Source: Okamejei kenojei
Lineage: Eukaryota
NCBI GenBank assembly: GCA_035221665.1
Contig: CM069148.1
Coordinates: forward strand, 11,160,001-11,224,000
Direction of reading: 5' to 3'
DNA length: 64,000 nt
Within the stretch, counting starts at the first letter, position 1; each line of letters begins with the position of its first letter. The position numbers and the translations under genes are program-made. The notes beneath the pieces were generated by a model that saw only the letters and a program-made list of their open reading frames with translations, had not been told where the DNA came from and did not search any database. Below are positions 13,381 to 25,252 of this stretch, one piece after another.

Positions 13381-16137
13381 AAAGCAAGGAAACACAGATG
13401 CTGGAATCTTGAGCAAAGGTGCTGGAGGAATACAGCAGGTCTCGCAACATCTGTGAAGGGAATGGACCGGTGACATTTTGAGTCGAGACTTAATGTAATT
13501 TGGACGAGAAAGCTGGAAAAGTGAGGTGAGGGTGGGAGAAAGCCTGGCAGGTGAGAAGTGTTCAGGAAATCAAACAAAATGGTACTACAAGGAACTGTAG
13601 ATGCTAGTTCACTAAAGACACCAAATGTTGGAGTAGCTAAGTGGGTCCGGAGAACATGGAGTGGTGAAATTTTGGGTAGGGGAGGGGGGGAGAAAGATGT
13701 AAGAGAGGTGGTGGCAGCACAAAGCCTGGCAATGATATGTGGGTACAGGTGAGGGGTGGGTGAGGTTGTTTGGCAGGTGATGATAGCGATGGTAATTGAG
13801 GTGGAAGATCAATTTCAATCTTGATAAATAGCAGAGCCAGCTCAAAGGGCCAGGTGTCCAATTCCTGTTCTGATGTCTGCAAAATGAACATTATTATTTG
13901 AGAAAGCCAAACCAACGTGGTTCGTCTCTGATGGGCACAAAGTGCTGGAGTAACTCAGCGGGTCAGGCACCATTCATGGAGATACACAAAAGAGCACAAA
14001 ATCTCTTCCTCCGATAAATTTCTAACTCCTTCTGGGTCTGATAAAAAATCAGTGACGTAAAGCCTTAACTCTTTTTTTATCTCCACAGATGGTGCCTGAC
14101 ATTGAGTGTTTCCAGAATTTCCTCATTTTATGTATTTCATTATACAGATGCCTGTCTGAAACTGGGTATCTATAGCAAAACACCAGCCCAGTACATCAAC
14201 AACTACAGCACATCTGCCAGTAGCGAAGAGGAAATGTCTATCACTCCACAAACAACTAAACAGAGTAAATAAGGTACTAATTAATGCTACAAAGAATAGC
14301 ATATTAAAATCCTTTGGTAACAATATGAAGTGTTTGCTTTTATTTGAAGTGCACAAGCTTGTAATCTTTATTCAATTACCGCACAACCTTTTCTGGGGGG
14401 GAAGTCTGAATTATGTCAACTGGAGAGGATAACTTACACCCACTAAATCTGCAGTTGAAGGAATCAATAAGTATGAAAGGACGGCTTGGATTTCTGATTC
14501 ACAGTCTTAGCCAATGCAGTAATTTTGAAGACTGCTCAAGATTACGATGGTATATAGGGATCAACTCACACACATCCAAATCCAACACAGGGTGATGTGA
14601 TAATGACTAGATAACCTATTTCCTTTTGGCAATGATGACTTAGCAGCAAATACTGAGTCAAAGAGACACAGCACAGAAACATGTCCTTAAACTGCATGAA
14701 CTAGCGAGCATGCACTTACACTCATTCTTCACTATTCCTATTTTTTATTCTCCCCACGTCCCCATCAATTCCTCGCCTGACTAGACCATCTCACCGACAC
14801 GCTAAGGGGAATTTACAATGGCCAATTAACCTGCCAACCAGCATGTTTTGAGGGATGAGCATTTGGCAAAATCAGTACTGCACCATGGAGTGAAGAGAAT
14901 TAAGGCACAATGTAGAACCTTTGATGCAATGGGATTGGGGGCCAATGTGGTCCAAAATAGTCCCAAGAATTGTTTTGCATCCATATTTTACGTGGAAAGT
15001 GACACCTCAGATGGTGCAGAACTCTTTCCATCTGCACTGGAATGAGAGCCTAACATCTCTGGAAGGGAACGTATCATTATCCTCCTGTGACCAACGAAGC
15101 TACAGAAAACAAACAAAGATGTAGTAAAACACAAAGTTCCAGAGGAACTCAGTGGGCTGTGCAGCATCTGTGGAGGGAATGGATAGAGAATGATTTGGGT
15201 CGGAATCCATCTTCGAACATATAACTTCCTAGAGCTTAGAACATCCAAAACATTTTTGTAAACTGTTGCAATAGAGGAAGCTTTGCTGCTTATTTTTATC
15301 AGCAAGGTCCCGTGAACATGAATATGGTAAATATTAAAACATCTGTTAGAGACACTGGCCAAAAGATAGTTATTGATCAGAGCACAGCAAAGATTTTCAC
15401 TGCACTACTTTGCAGTTATACCTAAGAAGGTAGCTAAATCCATGGTTGGATACTTGAGCCAATAACCTTCTGGCCCAGAGATAACATTGTGTTCCCTGAG
15501 TCGCAACTGACACCATTTTCAAGAATTGGGTTGGGTTGTACATGGCAAGGAAAGAAAAGAGGAGTGAAATAGGGGCTCGTGGAGTCAAGGGATATGGGGG
15601 GAAGGCAGGCACGGGTTATTGACAGGGAACGATCAGCCATGATCACAATGAATGCTGGCTCGAAGGCCGAACGGCCACCTCCTGCACCTATTTTCTAAGT
15701 TTCTATGAAATGTAACGTCAGGCATACGGATGTGGGAAGATGAGAGCAGAGGGGAGGAGAAAGATGGGATCTATAAAAATATGTGATTTGGAGATGGGAG
15801 TGAAGCATGCTGGATTGGTGTGCGTGTGGCCGGGGGGAGGGGGGGGGGCTCATGTTTCCTCATACAACAATCACAAAGACGTGTAAAACTGCCCCGACGG
15901 TGTAAGGAGTGAATGAGAAAGTGAGATAACACAGTACTAGTGTGAACGGGTGATCAATGGCTGGTGTGGACTCAGTGAGCCAAGAACTTATTTCCATGCG
16001 GTATCTCTAAAAGTAATAGCGAAAAAAACTCAAAGGGAAGCTAATTAATTGAGTAGACAGAAACATTATGGTTGTTCCTCAGGCCTCTATTTAACTTACT
16101 AAGGAACCATTCCTAGAGCCATATCCAGGCCAATCAT

Positions 16138-17341
16138 TCACTCAATGGAATTCCTTTGTATAGGCCAGTTCGGTATTCCGAAAAACGCAAGGAATCATGG
16201 GATTTTTCAAAGGTCATTCGAGAATAAACAAAGCAATCGGGAAGCCTGGTAGCGGGGTGTAACAGCGAGAGAGAGGGGGTAGATGCGAGTGGGAGACAGG
16301 GAGAGACGGTGCGAGGTGGGGGAAGAGAGGTTTCAGTTAGACAGGTAACCACTGGTAAAGCCATGGCTCGTTGCTTCTTGGAGAGTCAAGAAAATGTCCT
16401 CAATCTAGAGAATGTAACTTCAGAACTCCCTCGTCTCAACCGCGCTGGAGATTTCCGCTGGCGCAAGGAACAAAGGACCTGAAGTTTACGTTGAGTGAAC
16501 TGTGTTCTTACCGTACACTGGCGTTTTGTGAGAGTGATTGGATCCCGGGATCGAGGAGTCAGCGCCCGACAGGTGAGCGGTAGCTGGTGCCTCTCCACTC
16601 GTCACTGGAAGAACTGACACCTCTACTCCCTGGGTCGAGCGCTGCCTCCTCGATCCTGCAGCTCGGCGGCAGCAGACCTGGATTCCTGAGCGTCGCCGAT
16701 GCCTCCCATCAGCTCCTGATCCCCCGCCACCTGTCCGGATGAGTTGAAGCTGGGATCCAACCACTCTCACAAAACGCCGGTATACGGCGAGGACGTTAAG
16801 AACACTCAGTTCACTCAACTCAAACTTTAGGTCATTTGTTCCTTGCGCCCGTGGAAATCCCCGCTCCCATCCATTCCAACCACGGCGCAAAAGTCTAATG
16901 TGTAGGGAGTCTGAAGGAGGGTCTTCTATCCAGAGGTCCGCGGATGGGAGTGTCAGCTCAGGCCCGCAGCCAGCGAGGAGGGGAGGCACTGGCCCCAGCC
17001 CAGCCCCAGCTCCCGGACGGGGTTGAGCTGGAGTTGGTGCTTCTTTTCCGTGCCGCCTGCCGGCCTGGGCCGCCGCTGCGACGGGACAAGCAGAGAGCCG
17101 GGCCAGCGCGACCCCCCCCCCCCCCGCCGCGCTACCGTCCGGCTCCCGCCGCACGGGCCGCCCCCCGGACAGGACACTCGGGAGGGGATGGGGACGGCCC
17201 CAGCGGCAGCGCAGCTGGATGGGGACGAGACGTAGGTCTGCACCCATGCAGTGGCTCGGCCCCCGCGAGTGTTTAGCCCGAGCGACCTATGACCTGTGCA
17301 TGCGCAGTCGGAATACCGAACTGGCTTATTCCACTGAGTGA
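16138..17341. mobile_element. Putative non-autonomous DNA transposon with terminal inverted repeats, internal foldback and GC/CpG-rich core
   Basis: taggccagttcggtattccga (16161-16181) versus tcggaataccgaactggctta (17308-17328), 1 mismatch; tcactcaatggaa versus ttccactgagtga further out. Confidence 0.6.
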
Positions 17342-17390
17342 TCAACTTGCTGTTTTTACTACCGTGAACACATTGATCTGCCATACAAAT

Positions 17391-17586
17391 GTGTAGGAAG
17401 GAACTGCAGACGCTGGTTTAAACCGAAGATAGACACAAAATGCCGGGGTAACTCAGCGGAACAGGCAGCATCTCTGGAGAGAGAAGGAATGGGTGACGTT
17501 TCGGGTCGAAGAAAGATCTCATTCCTTCGCACCAGAGATACGACCTGTCCCGCTGAGTTACTCCAGCATTTTGGGTCTATTTTCGA
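17391..17586. mobile_element. Palindromic Penelope-like terminal fragment pair
   Basis: gtaggaaggaactgcag...actcagcgg..caggcagcatctctggaga followed by a partial inverse copy. Confidence 0.65.
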
Positions 17587-17912
17587 TTGGCATAAAACGT
17601 GGATACATATTTCCAGGCTAGTTTACTGGCGGATAATGTCGATTCTGACTGCCAAATTAATCTGTATCAAACGCTCCCTAAATGCCACAAAGCCCTAGTA
17701 GTAACTCAGCGGGCCAGACAGCATCCCTGGATCGGGATCACTAAATACTAAATGCGATGCTTCACGCCTTAATAGCACCGGAAACACCTGAAGTATCTCT
17801 CATGTGATAGACATTACATGCTGGAGTAATTCGGCGGGACAGGCAGCTTCTCTGGATGGTAGGAATGGGTGACGTTCCTGAAGAGGGGTCTCGACCCGAA
17901 ACGTCACCCATT

Positions 17913-19232
17913 CATAGAAACATAGAAACATAGAAATTAGGTGCAGGAGTAGGCCATTCAGCCCTTCGAGCCTGCACCGCCATTCAATATGATCATGGCT
18001 GATCATCCAACTCAGTATCCCGTACCTGCCTTCTCTCCATACCCTCTGATCCCCTTAGCCACAAGGGCCACATCCAACTCACTCTTAAATATAGCCAATG
18101 AACTGGCCTCAACTACCCTCTGTGGCAGAGAGTTCCAGAGACTCACCACTCTCTGTGTGAAGAAAGTCTTTCTCATCTCGGTCTTAAAGGATTTCCCCCT
18201 TATCCTTAAGCTGTGACCCCTTGTCCTGGACTTCCCCAACATCGGGAACAATCTTCCTGCATCTAGCCTGTCCAACCCCTTAAGAATTTTGTAAGTTTCT
18301 ATAAGATCCCCTCTTAATCTCCTAAATTCCAGAGAGTATAAACCAAGTCTATCCAGTCTTTCTTCATAAGACAGTCCTGACATCCCAGGAATCAGTCTGG
18401 TGAACCTTCTCTGCACTCCCTCTATGGCAATAATGTCCTTCCTCAGATTTGGAGACCAAAACTGCACGCAATACTCCAGGTGTGGTCTCACCAAGACCCT
18501 GTACAACTGAAGTAGAACCTCCCTGCTCCTGTACTCAAATCCTTTTGCTATGAAAGCTAACATACCATTCGCTTTTTTCACTGCCTGCTGCACCTGCATG
18601 CCTACTTTCAATGACTGGTGTACCATGACACCCAGGTCTCGCTGCATCTCCCCTTTTCCTAATCGGCCACCATTTAAATAATATTCTGCTTTCCTGTTTT
18701 TGCCACCAAAGTGGATAACCTCACATTTATCCACATTATACTGCATCTGCCAAACATTTGCCCACTCACCCAGCCTATCCAAGTCACCTTGCAGTCTCCT
18801 AGCATCCTCCTCACAGCGAACACTGCCCCCCAGCTTAGTGTCATCCGCAAACTTGGAGATATTGCCTTCAATTCCCTCATCCAGATCATTAATATATATT
18901 GTAAATAGCTGGGGTCCCAGCACTGAGCCCTGCGGTACCCCACTAGTTACTGCCTGCCATTGTGAAAAGGACCCGTTTACTCCTACTCTTTGCTTCCTGT
19001 TTGCCAGCCAGTTCTCTATCCACATCAATACTGAACCCCTAATACCGTATGCTTTAAGTTTGTATACTAATCTCTTATGTGGGACCTTGTCGAAAGCCTT
19101 CTGGAAGTCCAGATATACCACATCCACTGGTTCTCCCTTATCCACGTACTAGTTACATCCTCGAAAAATTCCACAAGATTCGTCAGACATGATTTACCTT
19201 TTGTAAATCCATGCTGACTTTGTCCAATGATT
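17913..19232 (-). mobile_element. CR1-clade LINE, 5'-truncated, near-identical to the copy at 8560-10382
   Basis: 377-aa minus-strand ORF (RT C-terminal half); (catagaaa)x3 tail at 17913; interrupts a Penelope-like repeat at cacccatt|ccttct. Confidence 0.95.
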
Positions 19233-20839
19233 CCTTCTATCCGGTGATTCTGCCTGTCCCGCATTTTGTGTCTCGGTGTAAACCGGCATCTGCAGTTCCT
19301 TCCTACGCGTCTCTCGAAGATTAGTGCACAAAAAAAAGAGTTAACCTTGTTGCAGTGTTCATGTCAGGAAAATTAACGTAACTGACAGAGTAGTCTTGAC
19401 AGGATTAGATCTTCCTCGAAATGTGGAAACAAAGAACTGCAGATGTTGGTTTATACCAAAGATAGGCACAGCGTGCTGGAATAACAGCGGGTCAGGCAGC
19501 ATCTATGGAGATCACGGATGGGTGACATTTCGGGTCTGGACCCTGCTTCAGACGAGGAGTCCCGAACCGGAACGTCACCCATCCTTTTTCTCCGTGGTGC
19601 TGCCTGACCCGTTGAGCATTGTGTCTATCGTTGGATCTTCATCGAACTTGGTTTGCTCGCTTGATACAGATTAATGTGGCAATCGCATGCCAGAACAAGG
19701 TCTACTTGCACCTGTAACGATTAGCTAGTGAAAGGGTCAAGAGTGTTTTGTTGTCATATGTCCCGAAAACGAACAATTACATTCTAACTTGCTGCAGCAC
19801 AACAAGCCTGATTTGAAATTTGCAATCTACGTGCATTTGGCTGCTATCGCTTAAAATTATACAAATGCACGACTTATTTCTTTGTCGCATTATATCTTTG
19901 ATTTGTATCTTTATCTCCCTTGCTCCCTGTGATTTTACCCCTTAATGGTGTATTATCTAATGACTGGGTGAGATATTTCATCGATTAAAGCAAGTCAGAA
20001 AATGCTGCAAGCATTCAGCGGGTCGGGCAACACCAATAAATCGAAACGGAGTTAACATTTCTCCGTCAATTCTTCGACCTTATCGCTGTTTCTCTTTCCA
20101 CAGATGCTGCCTGACCTACCAGGTGTTTTCATCATTTTCCGATTTCATTTCAGATTCCTCGCGTCTGCCTTTTATTTTCAAATTCTGGGACAAGTGATCG
20201 TTCATCTTGGATTTTTTTTTAAATTTCAGATAAAAGTATAGAACTTTGGAACGCTATTTGAAAACTAACACATCATTCAATGCTAAATGGGAGATTGAAC
20301 TCGCATTAAATTCATTTGATGCCGCAACTCCGTGAAGGCAAGGGGCCCGTTCCGGATGTAGTTCATTGATCCAACTATTCTTGTGTACAAATTTCATAGA
20401 ATTATAGAAAAGTATTAATTGATTGCACTTTTATTGTTATATATTATCTGTGTTGTTACTTTTTCTGGCCTGTTAAGATACTGCAAGTAAAAATGGCATT
20501 GTACTGTTGTCGGTACTTATGACAGTTAAGCACTTGACTTGAATTTAATGCAAGGTGTGGATTCATTTGTCCACCCTTTTTTCGTGATCTTATCCCTTCT
20601 TTTCCGCACAAACTACTTATGTGAACGAAATGCAATAATCATCTTCGCTCAATCTCTCCCTGTGAGTCAGTTTCATATCCTAGCCTCTAAATAAACAAGT
20701 CTCCCCAAATTCCCTATTACATGTATTGATGATAACCTTATACTTGTAGTGTCTAGTTTGGTCTTCCCAGGAAATTGAAACATCCTCTCCACCAGCGCAA
20801 CGGAGCTTAATTACCGAGGGCCCTATTAGATCACCTCTG

Positions 20840-21310
20840 AAACAGTCATACAGCAGGGAAACAGCCCCTTCGCCCAATTGACCAGGCCAACCAAGATGCC
20901 CCATCTAATATAGTCCCACTAAGAGTCATAGAGTTATACAGCGTGGAAACAGGCCCTTCGGCCCAACTTGCCCACGCCGACCAACAAGTCCCAACTACAC
21001 TAGTCCCACCTTCCTGAGTTTCGGCCATATCCCTCTAAACATGTCCTTTCCATGTACCGTTGAACATTGCGAAAGTATCTGCCTCAATTACCTCCTCCGG
21101 CAGCTATTGCCATACACTCACCATCCTTTGTGTGAAAATGTTATCGCTCAGGTTCCTATTATATCTCCCCCCCCCCCCCCCCCCCCCCCCCCCTCGCCCC
21201 CCCGTCTTAAACCTATATTCTCTGGTTCTCCATTCATTACCCTGGGCAAGAGATTCTGTGCGTCCACCCGATCTGTTCCTCTCTTGATTTGTACACCTCT
21301 ATAAGATCAA
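20840..21310 (-). mobile_element. CR1 3'-end fragments (tandem partial copies)
   Basis: ggaaacaggcccttcggcccaac...ccatatccctctaaac...cctcctccggcagc, as in the fragments at 22660-22915 and 56640-57020. Confidence 0.65.
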
Positions 21311-22209
21311 AATAAGATCACTTCCCCAGAATAAAGAGTCCGAATGATCTGTTGTTGCGTTCTGGTGCCATTCTCCCGTTGTACCATCTGCAGTGCTTTC
21401 TTGCTCTTTATATAATTTTACAGACATTCGGCTGCACAACTTCAACAGCGGTATAGCTTTGAACATGACACGGTATTGAGGTACAGTACCCAATGGAGAA
21501 TCGACGAGAAAAACCAACACTGCAGATGCTGAAAACACGAACTAAAACACAATTACCAATGTGAAACTTCCAACTGAATGAAACTTCAACCTGAAACACG
21601 AACTATTTTTCTTTCTCCACGGGTGCTGTCTGACCTGTTGAGCATTTCCAGCATTTTCTGTTTTTATACTTCTGAAACTTTGCCAAATGTAGTTTTTTCT
21701 AACAGTTTTCGTATTTGTATCGTCTAATTGAAATGCCGCAGTAAAAGTATTGTTTTCTCTCCAGCCCCCTGCGTTCTTGTACCTATTGTACAAGCAAATA
21801 CTAACTATTGCAACACAGATTAGATAGATCCGCCACGATGAAATGGAGGAGTAGACTTGATGAGCCCCGTGGCCTAATTCTGCTCTTATCACTTATGGAC
21901 ATGAAAATATCTCCAAATGTTAGCAGAATTAATATGAATGTTGGAACTTTTTTCTTCATCCAACTGCTATCGTGTCCGATTGCATGGTACCTAGAGTCTA
22001 AAAAGTATTGAGGGCTGTGGCTTCTTGCTCTTCTGATTAGTGTGTATTTCAGCGTGGGCAAATTGACAAACTCAAGTGTGTCACCTTTTGCATTGAAGCC
22101 CAATGTATGATTGAACTGATCCCGTGGTCAACAGTACATTTCGTTGTTTCACCTCCATTTTGACTTTTGATTCTGTAGGGAGACGCTCAGAATCACCCGG
22201 ATCATAATG

Positions 22210-22540
22210 TGGGACACAAGAAACTGCATAGGCTGGAATCTTGAGCAAAACACAAAGAGCTGGAATAACTCAACAGGGCAGACAGCATCCGTGGAGGGAA
22301 TTGGTAGGTGACGTTTCAAGGAGAGAAGAGTGAAGTTCAAAAAGAGAGAAGGGGGTAGATGGAAGGGGACAGACGGAAGGGGACATGGTAGATAGTTGGA
22401 GATAGACACACAAAACTGGAGTAACTCTGCACGTCAGTTGGAGAAATGGTCTGCATGCACATTAAAGAGAAAGGGAGTAGTTAAGGGGTATTACTTGAAA
22501 TTGGAAATCCAATGTTCATACCGTTGGGTTGTAGGCTACA
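22210..22540 (-). mobile_element. Penelope-like retroelement 3' fragment
   Basis: Minus strand of 22491-22539 reads SLQPNGMNI.F, resembling the C-terminus of the PLE GIY-YIG region. It is joined to the gaactgca..ctggaatcttgagcaaaa terminal repeat. Confidence 0.65.
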
Positions 22541-23959
22541 ACATTGTTATGGTTTTGCTACTGCCTCTGGTAACCTCAACGATTTAGTTCAAATGCCATT
22601 CTCCATGAGGGCGAATCCAATATGATAGAACGATATGTTTCACAGCACAACATGCAGTACGAAGATCCAGCACGGACACAGGCCGTTCAGTCCAACTTGT
22701 CCACGTCGACCAAGATGCCCCATCTAAGCTTGGCCACTTTGAATCAATACTCCCTAAACCTTTCATATTCATGTACCTGTCCAAATGTCGTTTTAAATTT
22801 GCTGTTGTGCCCGCCTCAATTACCACCTCCGGCAGCTCGTTCCATATACCCAGCACCATCTGTGTGGGAAAACTTGCCGCTCAGGTTCCTGTTCAATCTT
22901 TTCCCTCTCACTTTAAATAAGTCAGGCAGTTTATCAGATAGAACTTGGTTGACTCTGGCGATATGAAGTTAACGCACTAACAATGAATTGTGTAGGAAGG
23001 AACTGCTGATGCTGTTTACACCGAAGATGGACAAAATCCTGGAGTAACCCAGCAGGACAGGCAGCATCTCTGGAGAGAAGGAATGGGTGACGTTTCGGAT
23101 ATGAAGAAGGGTCTCGACCCGAAACGTCACCCACTCCTACTAACAATTATTTTTGTTTTCGTATTGTCTGCCTTTAGTTATCAGAATAATCGACGGAGTG
23201 TCAAATTACAATTATTTGCCTTAGGTTTGTGTATCTCTGGGGCCAATATTCACTCATATATATTCAAATACACCGAAGATCCTTAATGTCACGTTGGCGT
23301 CAGCGATTTTCGTAACTCCAGAATTAGTGGAATTTGAGAGTCTTAGGTGCATTTACAGGCGACATAAATGTTTATTAACTATGTTTTAGATATTTTTCCG
23401 GCGGAAGTGGGGAATAAGACCGGTCCGCGTAACTGTAAAAATAATAAAACTAAAGTTGTTGGCATCTATCATTTTCAATGAGCTGTGTCATGGCAACGAG
23501 CGACGGGTGGGTAGAAGTAACGGATCGGTCCAGAGAGCGTGGCGGGAACAAATAGACCCACAGTAACAGGTCCTGGGCTAAAGTTCCCTCCTTGAAGCAT
23601 TTCCCATTAACGGGAGATTGTCGCTTTACCGGTTCCGGTGGGTGCGGCGTGGGGTATGGAGGGCAGGGGTAGGGGAAGAATGTGAGGTTTTATTAGCTGT
23701 CTAATTAATTGGTAGTTTAGAACATGCCAATTTATTTACCATTGATGCTTAATGAATGGGTGAATCTGAAGCGCCTTCTGAAATTTCTGCTTAAAGTGGT
23801 TTTTTTAAATGTATTTGTTGTCTGGTCAAGTGACAACTGCCAAACATGCTAGCTCAGTCTATCTCTCTCTCTCTCTCTCTCACTGAAACACACACTCTCT
23901 CTCTTTCATCACTCTCCCACTCCGTCCTTCACTTTCTCTCTTTCTCTCTCTCCTGGCAG

Positions 23960-24135
23960 AGAAATGACAAATGTAGTGTTTTATCCATGCAATTTATTTC
24001 ATTATTGTTTCCTACACCAAGCATCATTATCAATCACGTGAAAGTTCAGTTGGCAGGTGTCAATCTTGGTATATATATTTTTGTGTCTCCGTCTATATTT
24101 AATCCAATTATAAGGGTCAAGGACTGAGTGCAAGT
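23960..24135 (+). promoter_or_regulatory. PAX6 pancreas enhancer homolog
   Basis: Contains CATTATTGT (24000-24008), caatca, cagttggcaggtgtcaatcttgg and TTTAATCCAATTATA (24098-24112), which I recall from the mouse/human pancreas element upstream of P0. Confidence 0.75.
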
Positions 24136-24339
24136 CCCCTTGTTACAACTCACTTGTCATTCCCGATTTATGGTCAAAGTTAAATTTGATCATACTCGAG
24201 TTAGGAAGCAAAAAATGCCTCTTCCAAGCCCGGAGAAGACCGCCACGGCTTTCATTAAACAGGTGCTCTCCGGTTGTTAATGGAATATTTATGAGTGTTT
24301 ATGTGTAAATGAATCATCCTGTTATTTCCTAAAGGAGGG

Positions 24340-24515
24340 GGAGGTTTTAATGATGGAGGCTCTGTCTCGGCTCACTGCGCATTCGACTACAATTGTAGAT
24401 CGAACTCAGCCCTTGTCACGTCGGGAAACAGTGAATCTATAACATACAGGACGTAGCTGTCGACATACAGCAAATTGCATTCAATCAGCCCCGGGGAATT
24501 CGGCTAATGCTTCGG
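24340..24515 (+). promoter_or_regulatory. PAX6 ectodermal (lens) enhancer EE homolog
   Basis: ttaatgatg...tacaattgtagatcgaa...ccTTGTCA (Meis/Prep site, 24413-24418)...gtgaatct.taacat.caggacgt...aattgcat.caatca...gggaattc.gctaatg is collinear with the mouse EE core as recalled. Confidence 0.8.
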
Positions 24516-24806
24516 CCGAAATCTCGGCGTGGGAGGGGGTGGGGTGAAGTGGGTGGGTGGGGGGGGGGGGGGGGTGGTCGGGGGTGGGGGGGATGGTGGT
24601 CGGGGAGGGGGGTCGAAGAGAGGGAACAAATAAAAAACAACATGCAGCTGATACAGCAGAGCCACGTGAAACGAAGTTTAGGGAGAAATGACTACCGCGT
24701 CCCCACTTGGACTAATAACAATACATAACGATTAAAGATTGCAATAGTCATTCAGATAGTTGGGGATTTATTGTATTTTTATATGTGGTTTGTATTGTGG
24801 GTCCGA

Positions 24807-25003
24807 NNNNNNNNNNNNNNNNNNNNNNNNNNNNNNNNNNNNNNNNNNNNNNNNNNNNNNNNNNNNNNNNNNNNNNNNNNNNNNNNNNNNNNNNNNNNNN
24901 NNNNNNNNNNNNNNNNNNNNNNNNNNNNNNNNNNNNNNNNNNNNNNNNNNNNNNNNNNNNNNNNNNNNNNNNNNNNNNNNNNNNNNNNNNNNNNNNNNNN
25001 NNN
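24807..25003. other. Assembly gap (197 N)
   Basis: Run of N. Confidence 0.99.
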
Positions 25004-25069
25004 TGTGTCTGCATGTGTCCATGTGCGTGTGTGCCTTCCGAAGAGTCCACCAGGGACTATATACTGGAC

Positions 25070-25252
25070 AACCTGTATGTCTTTGGAGTGTGGGAGGAAA
25101 CCGAAGATCTCCGAGACAACCCACGCAGGTCACGGGGAGAACGTACAAACCCGGACAGACAGCGCCCGTAGTCGGGATTGAACCCGGGTCTCCGGCGCTG
25201 CACATTTTTTGCTGTAAGGCAGCATCTCTACCGCTGCGCCGCCGTGACTGCC
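25070..25252 (-). mobile_element. tRNA-derived V-SINE (HE1-like), 5' half
   Basis: Minus strand ggcagtcacggcggcgcagcggtagag (A box) and GGTTCAATCC (B box, 25175-25184). Confidence 0.85.

Noticed and set aside
16486-17384. Overlapping 110-253 aa ORFs in the GC-rich segment
   Set aside because: Low-complexity G/A/P/R-rich translations on both strands, as expected from GC richness; no recognisable domain.
25150-25252. tRNA-like A and B boxes
   Set aside because: Head of a SINE continuing into the V-domain; not a tRNA gene.
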